Source of the DNA: Candidatus Omnitrophota bacterium
GTDB lineage: Bacteria; Omnitrophota; Gorgyraeia; Zapsychrales; Fredricksoniimonadaceae
Length of the DNA stretch: 64,000 nucleotides
Assembly (NCBI GenBank): GCA_037131245.1
Contig: JBAXRK010000002.1
Span: 116,227 to 180,226 of the forward strand
Reading direction: 5' to 3'
Shown: positions 18,053 through 27,500 of the stretch, piece after piece
How the letters are laid out: each line of letters begins with the position of its first letter
Numbering within the stretch: position 1 is the stretch's first letter
The notes under the pieces: generated by a model
Databases searched by the model: none
Seen by the model: only the letters and a program-made list of their open reading frames with translations
What the model was told of the DNA's origin: nothing
Program-made: the position numbers and the translations under genes

Positions 18053-18089
18053 TTGATTTTGTTGCGAATAAGATTAGAATTTTCTAATC
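18053..18089 (+). promoter_or_regulatory. Putative promoter plus operator for the beta-barrel/giant-protein cluster
   Basis: TTGATT (18053-18058), 16-nt spacer, TAGAAT (18075-18080). The perfect 8-bp inverted repeat GATTAGAA-TT-TTCTAATC (18072-18089) overlaps the -10. Confidence 0.4.
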
Positions 18090-18122
18090 AATAAAAATCG
18101 CATTTCTCCAGTTTCTTTATTT

Positions 18123-19745
18123 TTGGTGGGCGTGTTTGTTTTCATGCCGCTTTCCGTGCATGCCGCGGAGGTGTATTACCTTGGTGGCACTGGCCAGGGC
18201 AATGGCCCGGCTTTTCGGCTGTCGGGGTCTGTGTCCCAGCAAGTCATCCACAATGACGTGTCAGGCAATATTTCCAAGTCCTTCCTGAAGCGCGGCACCG
18301 ACTATATTTCCGAAACGAACCTGAACGTTGTAAAAAAACTTTTGGGCAATTACAGTCTGGAAGGCCAAGTGTTCCTGCGCAAGACGGACGATCCGAGGGT
18401 GGATGTGCGCCGGGATGTGCGGATGAAGCAGTTTGACCTCAAGATCCTGAACCCGGACAATTTGTATGAGTTCGGTGATTTTTACGGGGATTTCTCGCCG
18501 TTTGCTCTTGGCTCCAGCCTGGAAGGCGCGCACGCGGTCCTTTCGCCGTCAAGCAGTCAGAAATATCAGGTGGTGGCCGCGCGGACAGGTGAGGCCGATA
18601 CCACGACGTCCAGGTTCCAGCGCAATGTCGCGGGCGTTAAGGCCGACCATCAGTTCTTCCTTGATTCCACCGCCTTCTCGAATTTCCGGATGGGCGTTCA
18701 GGCGGTGACCGTGGCCGATGATTCGTCATCGGTCGAACGGGCGGCTTCCACTAAAGATATCATCAATACGGTCCTTTCGACTGATGGCGAGATCGCCTGG
18801 CGCGGTCCGCTTGCGCTGCAGTATGAAGTAGCGCATTCCTTCTATAAAGATGAAACATCGGCCGAGCCGCGCAATACGGATCAGGCAAATGCGGTGCGCA
18901 TTAAGCCGTCTTTTTCCACCGACAAGTGGGGGATCGGTTACCTTTATTATCTGGCCCAGCCCAAGTTTTATTCCGATCAGGGTTCGGCCATGCCTGACAA
19001 GATCCAGCATCAGGTGAATGTTGATTACCGGTTCTCTCAGCGCTTTTCGGTGAACATGGTGGAGAATTATTATTGGGACCATTTGCCGGGCAGCTCTCAG
19101 ACCAAGCGGACGACCAATAATGAGCAATACGTGAGTATCACCGCTCAGCCCATGGAAGGGCGGACAAGTTTTGTGGTGCGGCCTTATGTAAGTTATGCCC
19201 GTAAAGATTCGGATGATCCTGCCAATAGCGCCGAAGGGGCGACCCGGATGGCCGGTATCGCGTTCAACGACCTGATCCAGGCGATCGGGCTCAACTATGG
19301 CGCGAAATATGAATTCCGCAGTTATAAGGATTATGCCAACGGGACTGCGTCGGATTATTTCCACCGGATCGGTTTTAACGCGTCTCGTGATTTCAAAGTC
19401 TGGCAGCGCCGGTTATATTTGGCGCTGGAGCCGAACATTGATCTGCGCAGGACCAAAACCGACACCAATTATGATGTAGGGATGAATCTGGGTGCCAACG
19501 GGCAATACGATATTTCCGAGCGCCTGTTCTTGCGGGGTAATCACACACTTAGTGACATGAATGCCGCCAGGCCTTCATCTGATTATGTGCAGACGAGGAC
19601 ATCGAGCGAATTGGACTTTATGCTGAACCAGGCTAAAACGGCGCATTTCATTACACGGTACGAATATAACCACTATATTTTCGAAGACGGTCAGCAGTCG
19701 TATAATGAAAATCGCATTATCGGGAAGTTTTTTATCAATTTTTAA
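18123..19745 (+). CDS. Outer-membrane beta-barrel protein (family not recognised)
   Basis: Alternating amphipathic beta-strand pattern throughout and a C-terminal ...GKFFINF with terminal Phe. The start is uncertain: a TTG at 18123 gives a short, uncharged signal ...FMPLSVHA|AEVYY. Confidence 0.65.
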   Translation: MVGVFVFMPLSVHAAEVYYLGGTGQGNGPAFRLSGSVSQQVIHNDVSGNISKSFLKRGTDYISETNLNVVKKLLGNYSLEGQVFLRKTDDPRVDVRRDVRMKQFDLKILNPDNLYEFGDFYGDFSPFALGSSLEGAHAVLSPSSSQKYQVVAARTGEADTTTSRFQRNVAGVKADHQFFLDSTAFSNFRMGVQAVTVADDSSSVERAASTKDIINTVLSTDGEIAWRGPLALQYEVAHSFYKDETSAEPRNTDQANAVRIKPSFSTDKWGIGYLYYLAQPKFYSDQGSAMPDKIQHQVNVDYRFSQRFSVNMVENYYWDHLPGSSQTKRTTNNEQYVSITAQPMEGRTSFVVRPYVSYARKDSDDPANSAEGATRMAGIAFNDLIQAIGLNYGAKYEFRSYKDYANGTASDYFHRIGFNASRDFKVWQRRLYLALEPNIDLRRTKTDTNYDVGMNLGANGQYDISERLFLRGNHTLSDMNAARPSSDYVQTRTSSELDFMLNQAKTAHFITRYEYNHYIFEDGQQSYNENRIIGKFFINF

Positions 19746-19757
19746 AAAGGTGCGGTT

Positions 19758-20213
19758 ATGAGGCAGATCATTATTGTGAGCCTGTTTTTTTCATGCATGG
19801 TTATGCCGGCCATGGCTGAAACACAGGCTGGCCAGACGGCTGTTATAGTGAAGCCCATGGATGACCGCGAACAGGCTGAAAAACTTCTCGTTGGTATTTT
19901 TGATATTTATCGCAATTACAGCCGGGATACCTTTTCCGCTTTGGTGTCCGAGAATTTTGCTCCGGCGCGCGCCGAATTCATTGATACGGCGGAGAAGGAT
20001 TATGCCGCGGGCGCTGTCCTGGAATTAAATTTCTTTATCGATCAGGTATTGCCTGCGGGGAAGAAATTGGCTATTCAGTTCAAGTGGGAAAAAAAGACCA
20101 AACCCGGAAATCTCGATCATCCGATCCTCAGGAAAGGGTTTGCCCAGTTCATGTTTGAGAACGTTAAGGGAAAGTGGCTGCTGGGCCAGGTTATCGGCAA
20201 CAGTCCTTTTTAA
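19758..20213 (+). CDS. Small secreted protein carrying the ~110-aa module that is also present in both giant proteins
   Basis: Signal MRQIIIVSLFFSCMVMPAMA|ETQ. The body (IFDIYRNYSRDTFSALVSENF...KWEKKTKPG...FMFENVKGKWLLGQVIGNSPF) parallels the YERADAGAFSDLISREYLG...WDKTQTP...FKLEDGRMKIYNLRGNLLY modules. Confidence 0.7.
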   Translation: MRQIIIVSLFFSCMVMPAMAETQAGQTAVIVKPMDDREQAEKLLVGIFDIYRNYSRDTFSALVSENFAPARAEFIDTAEKDYAAGAVLELNFFIDQVLPAGKKLAIQFKWEKKTKPGNLDHPILRKGFAQFMFENVKGKWLLGQVIGNSPF

Positions 20214-20221
20214 AATTTTGA

Positions 20222-23200
20222 ATGGATAAAACAATGCGGAAACAATTTTGGCCCATAACAAATCTCTTGAAACTCGGCATCGGTATGATGGCGTTTGCGG
20301 GTATTTTATGCTTCATTGTTCCTTCGGCTTTTGCCCAAGAAAAGCCTTTTGCCAGTACCGCGGCCGGCAAGGCCTCGATCGAGCTTATTAAGAGTTTTAC
20401 CAATTTTGTTAAAGACGTGACGGCGATGAACGGGATGACTGATCAGGAGAAGGTGAACTATATCCTGACCAAGGGCAAGGAACGCATCAATGAGGTGCGG
20501 GCCAAGCGCCTGAAAGATACCGTTAAGGCTAAAGCGCTGGATTATGTGAAAGCACGCATGCGCGCGGACCTTTTTAAGGCACAAGTGCCGGCGATGCTCA
20601 ACGCTGCCATCGTGGAGGGTAAGTCCGTTTCGTCCGTATGGTCTGCGGCAGATGTTGAGATTAAGTCCAAGCTTGATACGCAGATGAACGCGGTTAAATC
20701 CGCGGTCAGCGCCGCCGAGATCGGTTGGAAGGTCTATGGCGCCTGGAGCACCAAGGGCGCGGAAGAGGGGGCACGCGTCCTTGGCACTGAGGTCGGGACG
20801 AAGATCATCGAATATTTTATCCCGGGCTGGGGGTATTACCGTTTGGCCCAGGCCGCGACCGAGGCGATCGGCAATTATGTTGTTCAATATGCCTTTGATA
20901 CGTCGCTCGATGAAAAGATGAAAGTGGTTTTGACCGGCCATGATCCTAGAAGCAATCCCAAGGAGTTCGGGGACTGGATCATGGGGCTGGATATCGCGGC
21001 ATATGTTCAGCGTGAATGGGATGAGCAATTGGCGTACGGTGGGTGGTATCTCAAGGGGTCGAATGAAGGCGAGAGCATGAAGAGCTCTATTATCAAGGCC
21101 CTTGAAAAAATGAAGGCGGAGGTCAAGCAGCGTTCAGATACCCAAAACCAGCTGCAGACGAACCTCCAGACTCTGGATGATGAGGCCAGGGCGGCGGCTT
21201 CAGCGGTGCAGTCCACGATCGATGCGTCGGCCAAGGAATTTGAGCCGATCACGTCCGAAATTGACAAGTTTCAGTCAGATATTATCAATGCTCAGAAGCA
21301 GGATTATGAAGAGAAGGTTCAGGAACGTGAAGATTTCGCGGCGATGGAAAAACAGCATTTCGATCGTTTTCAGACCGCGTTTAAGTATTCGCCTTTTGAC
21401 CATGGCACGGTATTGGAGGCCATGCGTAATGGGTTGAGCGAGATCACGGAAGGGTTTGGCTCAAAGGGGTATGACCAGAAGGCCCTGGAACAGGGGTTTG
21501 CGGATTATCTGCAGACCCGTCAAAAGGTTTTGGGCGCCAAGAACGATGAGGTCGAGGGATATATCAAGCAGGCTCAGGACATTTGTGCGAAGGCCAACGC
21601 CCAGTTTGGGCCAATTCTCCAGAGCCTTTGGAAGCAGAGAGATGATTACTGGTTTAATGATGCCCGCCGTGCCGCGCTAGATGCCCAGATCGCTTCAGTA
21701 AGTGAGGCTTATCGTCAGATGGACGGCCCGTATGTGAATATTGCCATGAGGAACTTCCTGCCGGAGCAGTTTGCCCTGGACCAGGAGATCCTGGCGGGTG
21801 AAGAGTACATGGTTTATCTTGAGGTCAAGGAACGCGAGGTCAAGTTCCGGCAGGCGATGGGGAAGTTGGCTGAAGAATTGCAGAATGCGACGGATCAGGC
21901 GGTGAATGATTACAATGCGTCCATGGCCGCGCTGGGTGACAAGGGGGCGAAGTTGCATTATCCGGGAGCCATGTCGGCTCCGACTGAAACATTCGCGGCC
22001 CTGGTTCAGGAGATAAAAAATGCGCAATTCTTTTTTTATCAGCCTGGAGATGTGATCAAGACCGCGGAATATTTTGAGACCATCAAGAGTAACCTTCTTG
22101 CCGATAAAGAGGCGATGCCTTCATTTCAGGCCGAGTTACGCACCAATTTTAACGCTTACGCAGCCGCGACCGGATCGGTTGTTGCAAAGTTCCAAAGCTC
22201 TGTTCCCAAGGCGATCCAGGTTGATAATGCGGGCCAAAATTATTATGAACATGTTTTAACCAACGCCGATCCGTATCCGGAACCGATCTCCAGGACCATG
22301 CTCATTGAGGATTATGGCATTGCCGGCAAACGGACTTATGCCATGATCCCTCGTGTCTGGGGTTATGACAAGAACCAGGTTGAGTACGATGCGTATCTTA
22401 AGGCATTGCCAGGGAATACAGCATCCGCTTTCAGCGAGGTCCTGGCCGCGACGGAGAAGCTTTTGTCGGAACTCGGGCCAAAGAAGGATTCCGATGCCGT
22501 TGCCTTGGTTTTCGAGCGGATCATGGGTGTAATTAATCAGGACATGGTGATGATGAATGTTGGCCAGTTCACGCTTGAACAGGAAAAAGCCCGCCAGAGT
22601 CAAATGTTCACCTTGCCGGATTATGCCGGTTTTATGCAGCTTGAGCCGGACAAGATGAAGGGCGCTGAATATCTTGTGTCGCTTAAAAGTGCATGGGACA
22701 AGAATAAAGACCTGGTGAAGATCCTCAACAACCTTAAAAAAGGTATCGCGCGGGATGTTGTTTATTACACTAAATTTCAGGAGGCTGCTTTTCCTGCGCT
22801 CGACATTTTTAATACGGTGCCTGACCGGATCGCTCTTTATGAGGCGACGCTGGCCACGGTCAAGAAGGCCTACGCCGATCGGATGGCCCTGGGGTTCAAG
22901 TATCTGGACGATGCGAAGAAAAAACTGGATGAGCTTAATAAGGAAACTTGGGTTGATCAGAAGATCAAGGGGCTCAAAGATTTCAGCCAGGGAACGGTTA
23001 AAACATATCTTTCGCTGTATAGCAGTTATGCCAAGACCGAGGAGACGACGAAGCTGGTCAGCCAGTGGACGGAGTTTAACTCAAAGGTTCAGGACGCGAT
23101 CAAAAAGGCTGAAGATGATGCAACGGCGGCCAAGGCCAAGCTGGACGCCGAGTGGGCGGCCCAACAGCAGAAACAAAGGGATGCCGAGGCGGCCGCTCAG

Positions 23201-24478
23201 CAGGCCCAGGTGACGGCTCAGATCAAGAGCACGATGACCTATATTTCGGTGGTTGATCCGCGCCTCAATTCCCGCGCGATGAATGGCGTTAGCAGCACGG
23301 TCCAGGTCGACCGTGGAGGACTTGTCAGCGGTGTTTTGCAGTTGACCGGGCGCTTGAGTTTTATGAACAATGTTGAAAGGATGCTGATATCGGTAGATGA
23401 CGGGCGCACCTGGGATCAGTTGCCGCTTACGCAGATGATCAGCCATTCTTTTACGCCGATCGCGGGGGTGGTATATGTGCCGCAGATCAAGGTCAGATTG
23501 ACGACGGGTGACGAGGGTGTGATCAAGTTCTTCCCGAATGTTCAGGGAATTGTCTATCAGGATATCGATTTTAACCAAATGGTGCTTGACGCGGTCAAGC
23601 TGGTGGCCGACACGTATGAGCGCGCGGATGCCGGTGCTTTTAGCGACCTGATCTCCCGGGAATATCTTGGCAACAAGACAATGCTGGAAGAGGGCGTGCG
23701 GTTCGATTTTGATATGTTCACCAGCATCAAGATCGTGATCTATGTGAGCCGCATTGAACGGCGCGGGGATCAGATGGTGGTTGAGACCCGGTGGGATAAA
23801 ACACAGACACCGCGCAAGACCGGACAGGATCAGCGTACCAGCGGGAACACGGTGATGGTGTTCAAGCTGGAAGACGGCCGGATGAAGATCTACAATTTGC
23901 GCGGCAACTTGTTGTACGCGACGATGTCACCCGAGATCGCCCAGGCTTCAGGTTTGTCGGCGGCAACGGTGGCGCTGATCCGTACGGCGCAGGCGGACCG
24001 TAACCCCACACAACCTGGCGCTGGTTCTACGACCGATGCCGGTGGCGTTACAACGACCAACTCCGATCCGACCCCGAGTTCCAGCGGGTTACCGCTTAAG
24101 ACCGGGCAGATCATGGATGTGGCTGGTGCCGGAATATTCGAGAATTATGATTTCTCGGCGAATGCCGAAGTCGGCGTTGGGTCAGGCGATATCGGCCAGC
24201 AAGATGCTGAGTTTCAGAAAGTCGGAACGGCCGGGATCAAGTTCGCCGCTGGCTCTTTTGACGCTACGACGGATGCCAGTGGTGTAGGTGGTGGAGACTT
24301 TAGCATTCCGAACGTTAGCATCGGGGATGTTTATATTTTCATCACGACTGAAGGTTATTACGGAAAAATGGAGATCACCGGGAAAACCGTGATCAATGGC
24401 GGTCTGGGTGTTGTTACTACCTATACATTCAAGTATGCCCTTCAAACAGACTCGACGACGAATGTAGCGACGAATTAA
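20222..24478 (+). CDS. Giant secreted protein A (1418 aa), largely helical/coiled-coil, unknown function
   Basis: Signal ...ILCFIVPSAFA|QE. Long helical regions including AEWAAQQQKQRDAEAAAQQAQ. Shares conserved N-terminal, module and C-terminal blocks with the 24571 gene. No catalytic motif seen. Confidence 0.85.
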   Translation: MDKTMRKQFWPITNLLKLGIGMMAFAGILCFIVPSAFAQEKPFASTAAGKASIELIKSFTNFVKDVTAMNGMTDQEKVNYILTKGKERINEVRAKRLKDTVKAKALDYVKARMRADLFKAQVPAMLNAAIVEGKSVSSVWSAADVEIKSKLDTQMNAVKSAVSAAEIGWKVYGAWSTKGAEEGARVLGTEVGTKIIEYFIPGWGYYRLAQAATEAIGNYVVQYAFDTSLDEKMKVVLTGHDPRSNPKEFGDWIMGLDIAAYVQREWDEQLAYGGWYLKGSNEGESMKSSIIKALEKMKAEVKQRSDTQNQLQTNLQTLDDEARAAASAVQSTIDASAKEFEPITSEIDKFQSDIINAQKQDYEEKVQEREDFAAMEKQHFDRFQTAFKYSPFDHGTVLEAMRNGLSEITEGFGSKGYDQKALEQGFADYLQTRQKVLGAKNDEVEGYIKQAQDICAKANAQFGPILQSLWKQRDDYWFNDARRAALDAQIASVSEAYRQMDGPYVNIAMRNFLPEQFALDQEILAGEEYMVYLEVKEREVKFRQAMGKLAEELQNATDQAVNDYNASMAALGDKGAKLHYPGAMSAPTETFAALVQEIKNAQFFFYQPGDVIKTAEYFETIKSNLLADKEAMPSFQAELRTNFNAYAAATGSVVAKFQSSVPKAIQVDNAGQNYYEHVLTNADPYPEPISRTMLIEDYGIAGKRTYAMIPRVWGYDKNQVEYDAYLKALPGNTASAFSEVLAATEKLLSELGPKKDSDAVALVFERIMGVINQDMVMMNVGQFTLEQEKARQSQMFTLPDYAGFMQLEPDKMKGAEYLVSLKSAWDKNKDLVKILNNLKKGIARDVVYYTKFQEAAFPALDIFNTVPDRIALYEATLATVKKAYADRMALGFKYLDDAKKKLDELNKETWVDQKIKGLKDFSQGTVKTYLSLYSSYAKTEETTKLVSQWTEFNSKVQDAIKKAEDDATAAKAKLDAEWAAQQQKQRDAEAAAQQAQVTAQIKSTMTYISVVDPRLNSRAMNGVSSTVQVDRGGLVSGVLQLTGRLSFMNNVERMLISVDDGRTWDQLPLTQMISHSFTPIAGVVYVPQIKVRLTTGDEGVIKFFPNVQGIVYQDIDFNQMVLDAVKLVADTYERADAGAFSDLISREYLGNKTMLEEGVRFDFDMFTSIKIVIYVSRIERRGDQMVVETRWDKTQTPRKTGQDQRTSGNTVMVFKLEDGRMKIYNLRGNLLYATMSPEIAQASGLSAATVALIRTAQADRNPTQPGAGSTTDAGGVTTTNSDPTPSSSGLPLKTGQIMDVAGAGIFENYDFSANAEVGVGSGDIGQQDAEFQKVGTAGIKFAAGSFDATTDASGVGGGDFSIPNVSIGDVYIFITTEGYYGKMEITGKTVINGGLGVVTTYTFKYALQTDSTTNVATN

Positions 24479-24497
24479 TTTCAGGAGATACAAAAAC

Positions 24498-24535
24498 AGG
24501 GCAGCTCCTCGAGGTATCAGGGGCTGCCTTTTTTT
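24498..24535 (+). terminator. Rho-independent terminator after giant gene A
   Basis: Stem AGGGCAGCTCCT / AGGGGCTGCCTT with a 9-nt loop, followed by a run of 7 T. Confidence 0.7.
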
Positions 24536-24570
24536 ATGGTTTGATCAGTGCTTTAAAACAGGGAGCGGGA

Positions 24571-27500
24571 ATGAAACAAGCATGCGTTATATTCTTATGT
24601 TTTCAAATGCTGGCTTTGCCGTGTACCATCACGCCGGCCCGGGCTGAAGGCGACACTGCCTTCGCCGACACCAAGACCGGAAAAGCGACGACGATGTTCC
24701 TGTCCAGCATGAAGCAGTTCTTTGAGGATTCCAAAGAACTGGAAGGTAAGACCGACAAGGAAAAGGTCGCCTATATCCTGGATAAAGGGGCGGTTCGTAT
24801 TTTGGCCAAGACCGCGGATACGGCCAAGGAATTTTACAAGACCGAACTGACGGCCTATGCCGAAGCGAATTTACGTTCCCAGCTTTTCTCCCAAATAGCA
24901 CTTCCGAAAATTAATAACGATTACTTAATGAAGGGTAAGTTGACCAGTATCGCCTGGGGTGATATTGACAATGATATCAAGATCGCGCACGCGCAGAAGA
25001 TGCAGCAATTTAACCTGGCGATGAAGGGGATCGAGGTAAGTGTTAACGCTCTGGTGATCTTTTATAATGAGGGCGCGGATAAGAGCATCGCGGCACTTAA
25101 GGAAAGTATCGGGGATGAATTGTGCGGCTGGCTTATGCCTGGTTGGGGGTATTTTCGTGCCACGCAAGGGGCGGTCCAGGCTCTGGGTGAATATGTAATA
25201 GCGTATGCGTTCAACACATCATTACAGGCCAAGATCCAGTCGATCTGCCCGGTGGACCCCAAAGTGGATCCGAAAGGGTTTGCCCAGTGGCTGCTGGGGC
25301 TCAAGGATATCCGGGGTTTTGTCCAGAAGGAATGGGACGAACAGCTCGCTTACGCGGGCTGGTACTTGAAGCTCGATGGCAATACGGATACGAAGGAAGA
25401 GATGGGTTCCGCGATGAAAGACGCGATCATTGCCCAGCTGGAAGGGTTGCAGAAAGGGCTTAAAGATCAGCAGGCTAAATTCGATTCTGTGCAGGATCAG
25501 ATCAACGACAAAAAACAGGTTTATGATGATCAGGCACGGGCGGCGCATGACAAGTTCACCCAATCCGTAGAGAAAGCGATGGCCAAGTCGAAGCCGTACC
25601 TCGATCAGCTTGAGGCCTTCCGTCTGGAACTGGCCGGGGCCGAGCGCCAGGATGCCGAGGTCAACGCGGCACAGATGGAGGCGCTGCTGGCACCGGTGTC
25701 GGCGTATGTTCCGCTGGACCGGGCCACGATCCTGGGCGCCTTGGCAAAAGTGTATGACCTGGTGTCAACTGATAGCCGCGGGTATGATCCGGTCAAGATA
25801 GACGAGAACTATAAAGAATACGCGGTCATCCGGGGAGAATTGATCAATAAATGCTGGGCGACCACTGAAGCCGGGATCGGCAGCGGTCGGCCGGGGGTGG
25901 ATCGGGCAGCGCTGCTAAAAGCGTTCTGGGTTGATGTGGCGGCCTTGCAGGCCGAAGAAGTCCTGTTGTTTTATAAGGCCCAGGAAAAAGCGGCCGAGCT
26001 TTATAAAAAGATCCTGCCGTCTGTCGAGGCCATGCAAAAGGACTATCAGCCGAAGGAAGAGCAATTTAATAAAGATAAAGGGATGTTCATGGGCGAGGTG
26101 AATGCGACATTGGCGTTCCCGGATATGTATTTTCAGCCGGGCTTATTCGCGATCAATGCCGAAAGGTTGGGCCAGCAGGAGGAGAGGTATTTTGGCGCGG
26201 GGGCATTTGTTCGTGCCATGGAGGAGATCGCGGCCAGTAAAGAAATGATCGCTGATGATGCCCGGAAGATCGGCGCGCTTATTGCTAAAGAAAAAGCCAT
26301 GTATCAGTCGATCGACGCTGTGGCTGCGAATATCAAGAATGCTTTCGAGAATGCGGTGCCGGCTGGTTTGCGCCCGGATGGCTGGGAGGGCGCGGGTGTC
26401 CTGATGGTCGGCATTAAAGCCTTTGTGCTTCCCGGTCCAATGATCTATCCCAAGGCGCAGTATTACGCCACCGTGGATCAGGTGAGTCTGGTGGCGGGCC
26501 TTCCCGCGCCGAAGTATGAAGGCCCTGAGAATGGTTTGAAAAAGCTGGTGATCCCGGGGCTCACGGCATTGCGTGTTCCGCTGGATTACACTGCTTCGAT
26601 CCTGCCGAAACCCGATTATACGGCGGCCTTGCGCGGATTTGACGCCGCGGCAAACAAGATCAGCGCGGTCGCCGATATTGAGGCCCGCGGGATCCAGCTG
26701 GCGAAGATGGGCGAGCGCTTTGCGCAAGCTTTTGCTCCTTCTACGCCGGGCTATGGGGATGAAGTAACGCCGCAATCGTTAGCCGGGAAGTTTGCCGCAC
26801 CGCTCTCTTCATCGGAAGGGTTAAAGCAGATGACACAGCTTAAAGAGATGTGGGTTGGCTCCCAGGTGATGGCTACCAGGATCAATGACGGCCTTTCCAA
26901 GATCCCGCCGGCCTACGCCGGCAAGGTATCATCCTGGGATGGGGTGGTGTCGTACCGTCGTACGCTAAAAGAGATCCCGCTGGTCATCAAGAGTTATGAG
27001 ACCGCTTATCAACGTTCCCTGGAGGTAGAAAAGCGATCCGGGGAGGGCGTAACCATGGATCAGAATGAAAAGGATTTTAAAGTGATCGAAGCCGAGAGCG
27101 GCCTGAGCAAGCAAAAGAGCGGGCTTGATGAGTTGAGCCGGCGGTTAGGGGCGGAAGTATTTGAATTCGAGGTTTCTCGTCGAGACGCGCTTAAAGCGGC
27201 TATTGACCGTTTAATGAAGGTGGTTAACGAGAAGCTGGAGATGGCCGGAGGCGCGGGGAATGTCCCGGTGCAGGATACTATGCCGCTGGTGCAGGAAGCC
27301 ATCGGCAAGATCGCCAACGCTTACGAACAGAAAGATAGCGGCACGTTCAGTGATTATATTTCGGACAGTTATTTAGGCGGAAAATCGGCTTTAGTCGAGG
27401 GGGCGCGGTTTGATTTTGATATTTTTTCGAGCCAGCGTATAACCCTGAATATTAATCGTATCGACACGCGCAAGGATGGGGCGACGGTTGATGCGCAATG

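Noticed and set aside
20200-20224. TAAAAT 5 nt upstream of the giant gene A ATG as another leaderless promoter
   Set aside because: There is no plausible -35. The gene sits 8 nt after the preceding stop in an apparent operon, so co-transcription is the simpler explanation.
20306-21028. 240-aa minus-strand ORF inside giant gene A (and the similar 26143..26775 ORF inside giant gene B)
   Set aside because: Both are antisense to long uninterrupted frames that are conserved between the two paralogs. The antisense products are Arg/Leu/Gly-rich with no shared conservation.
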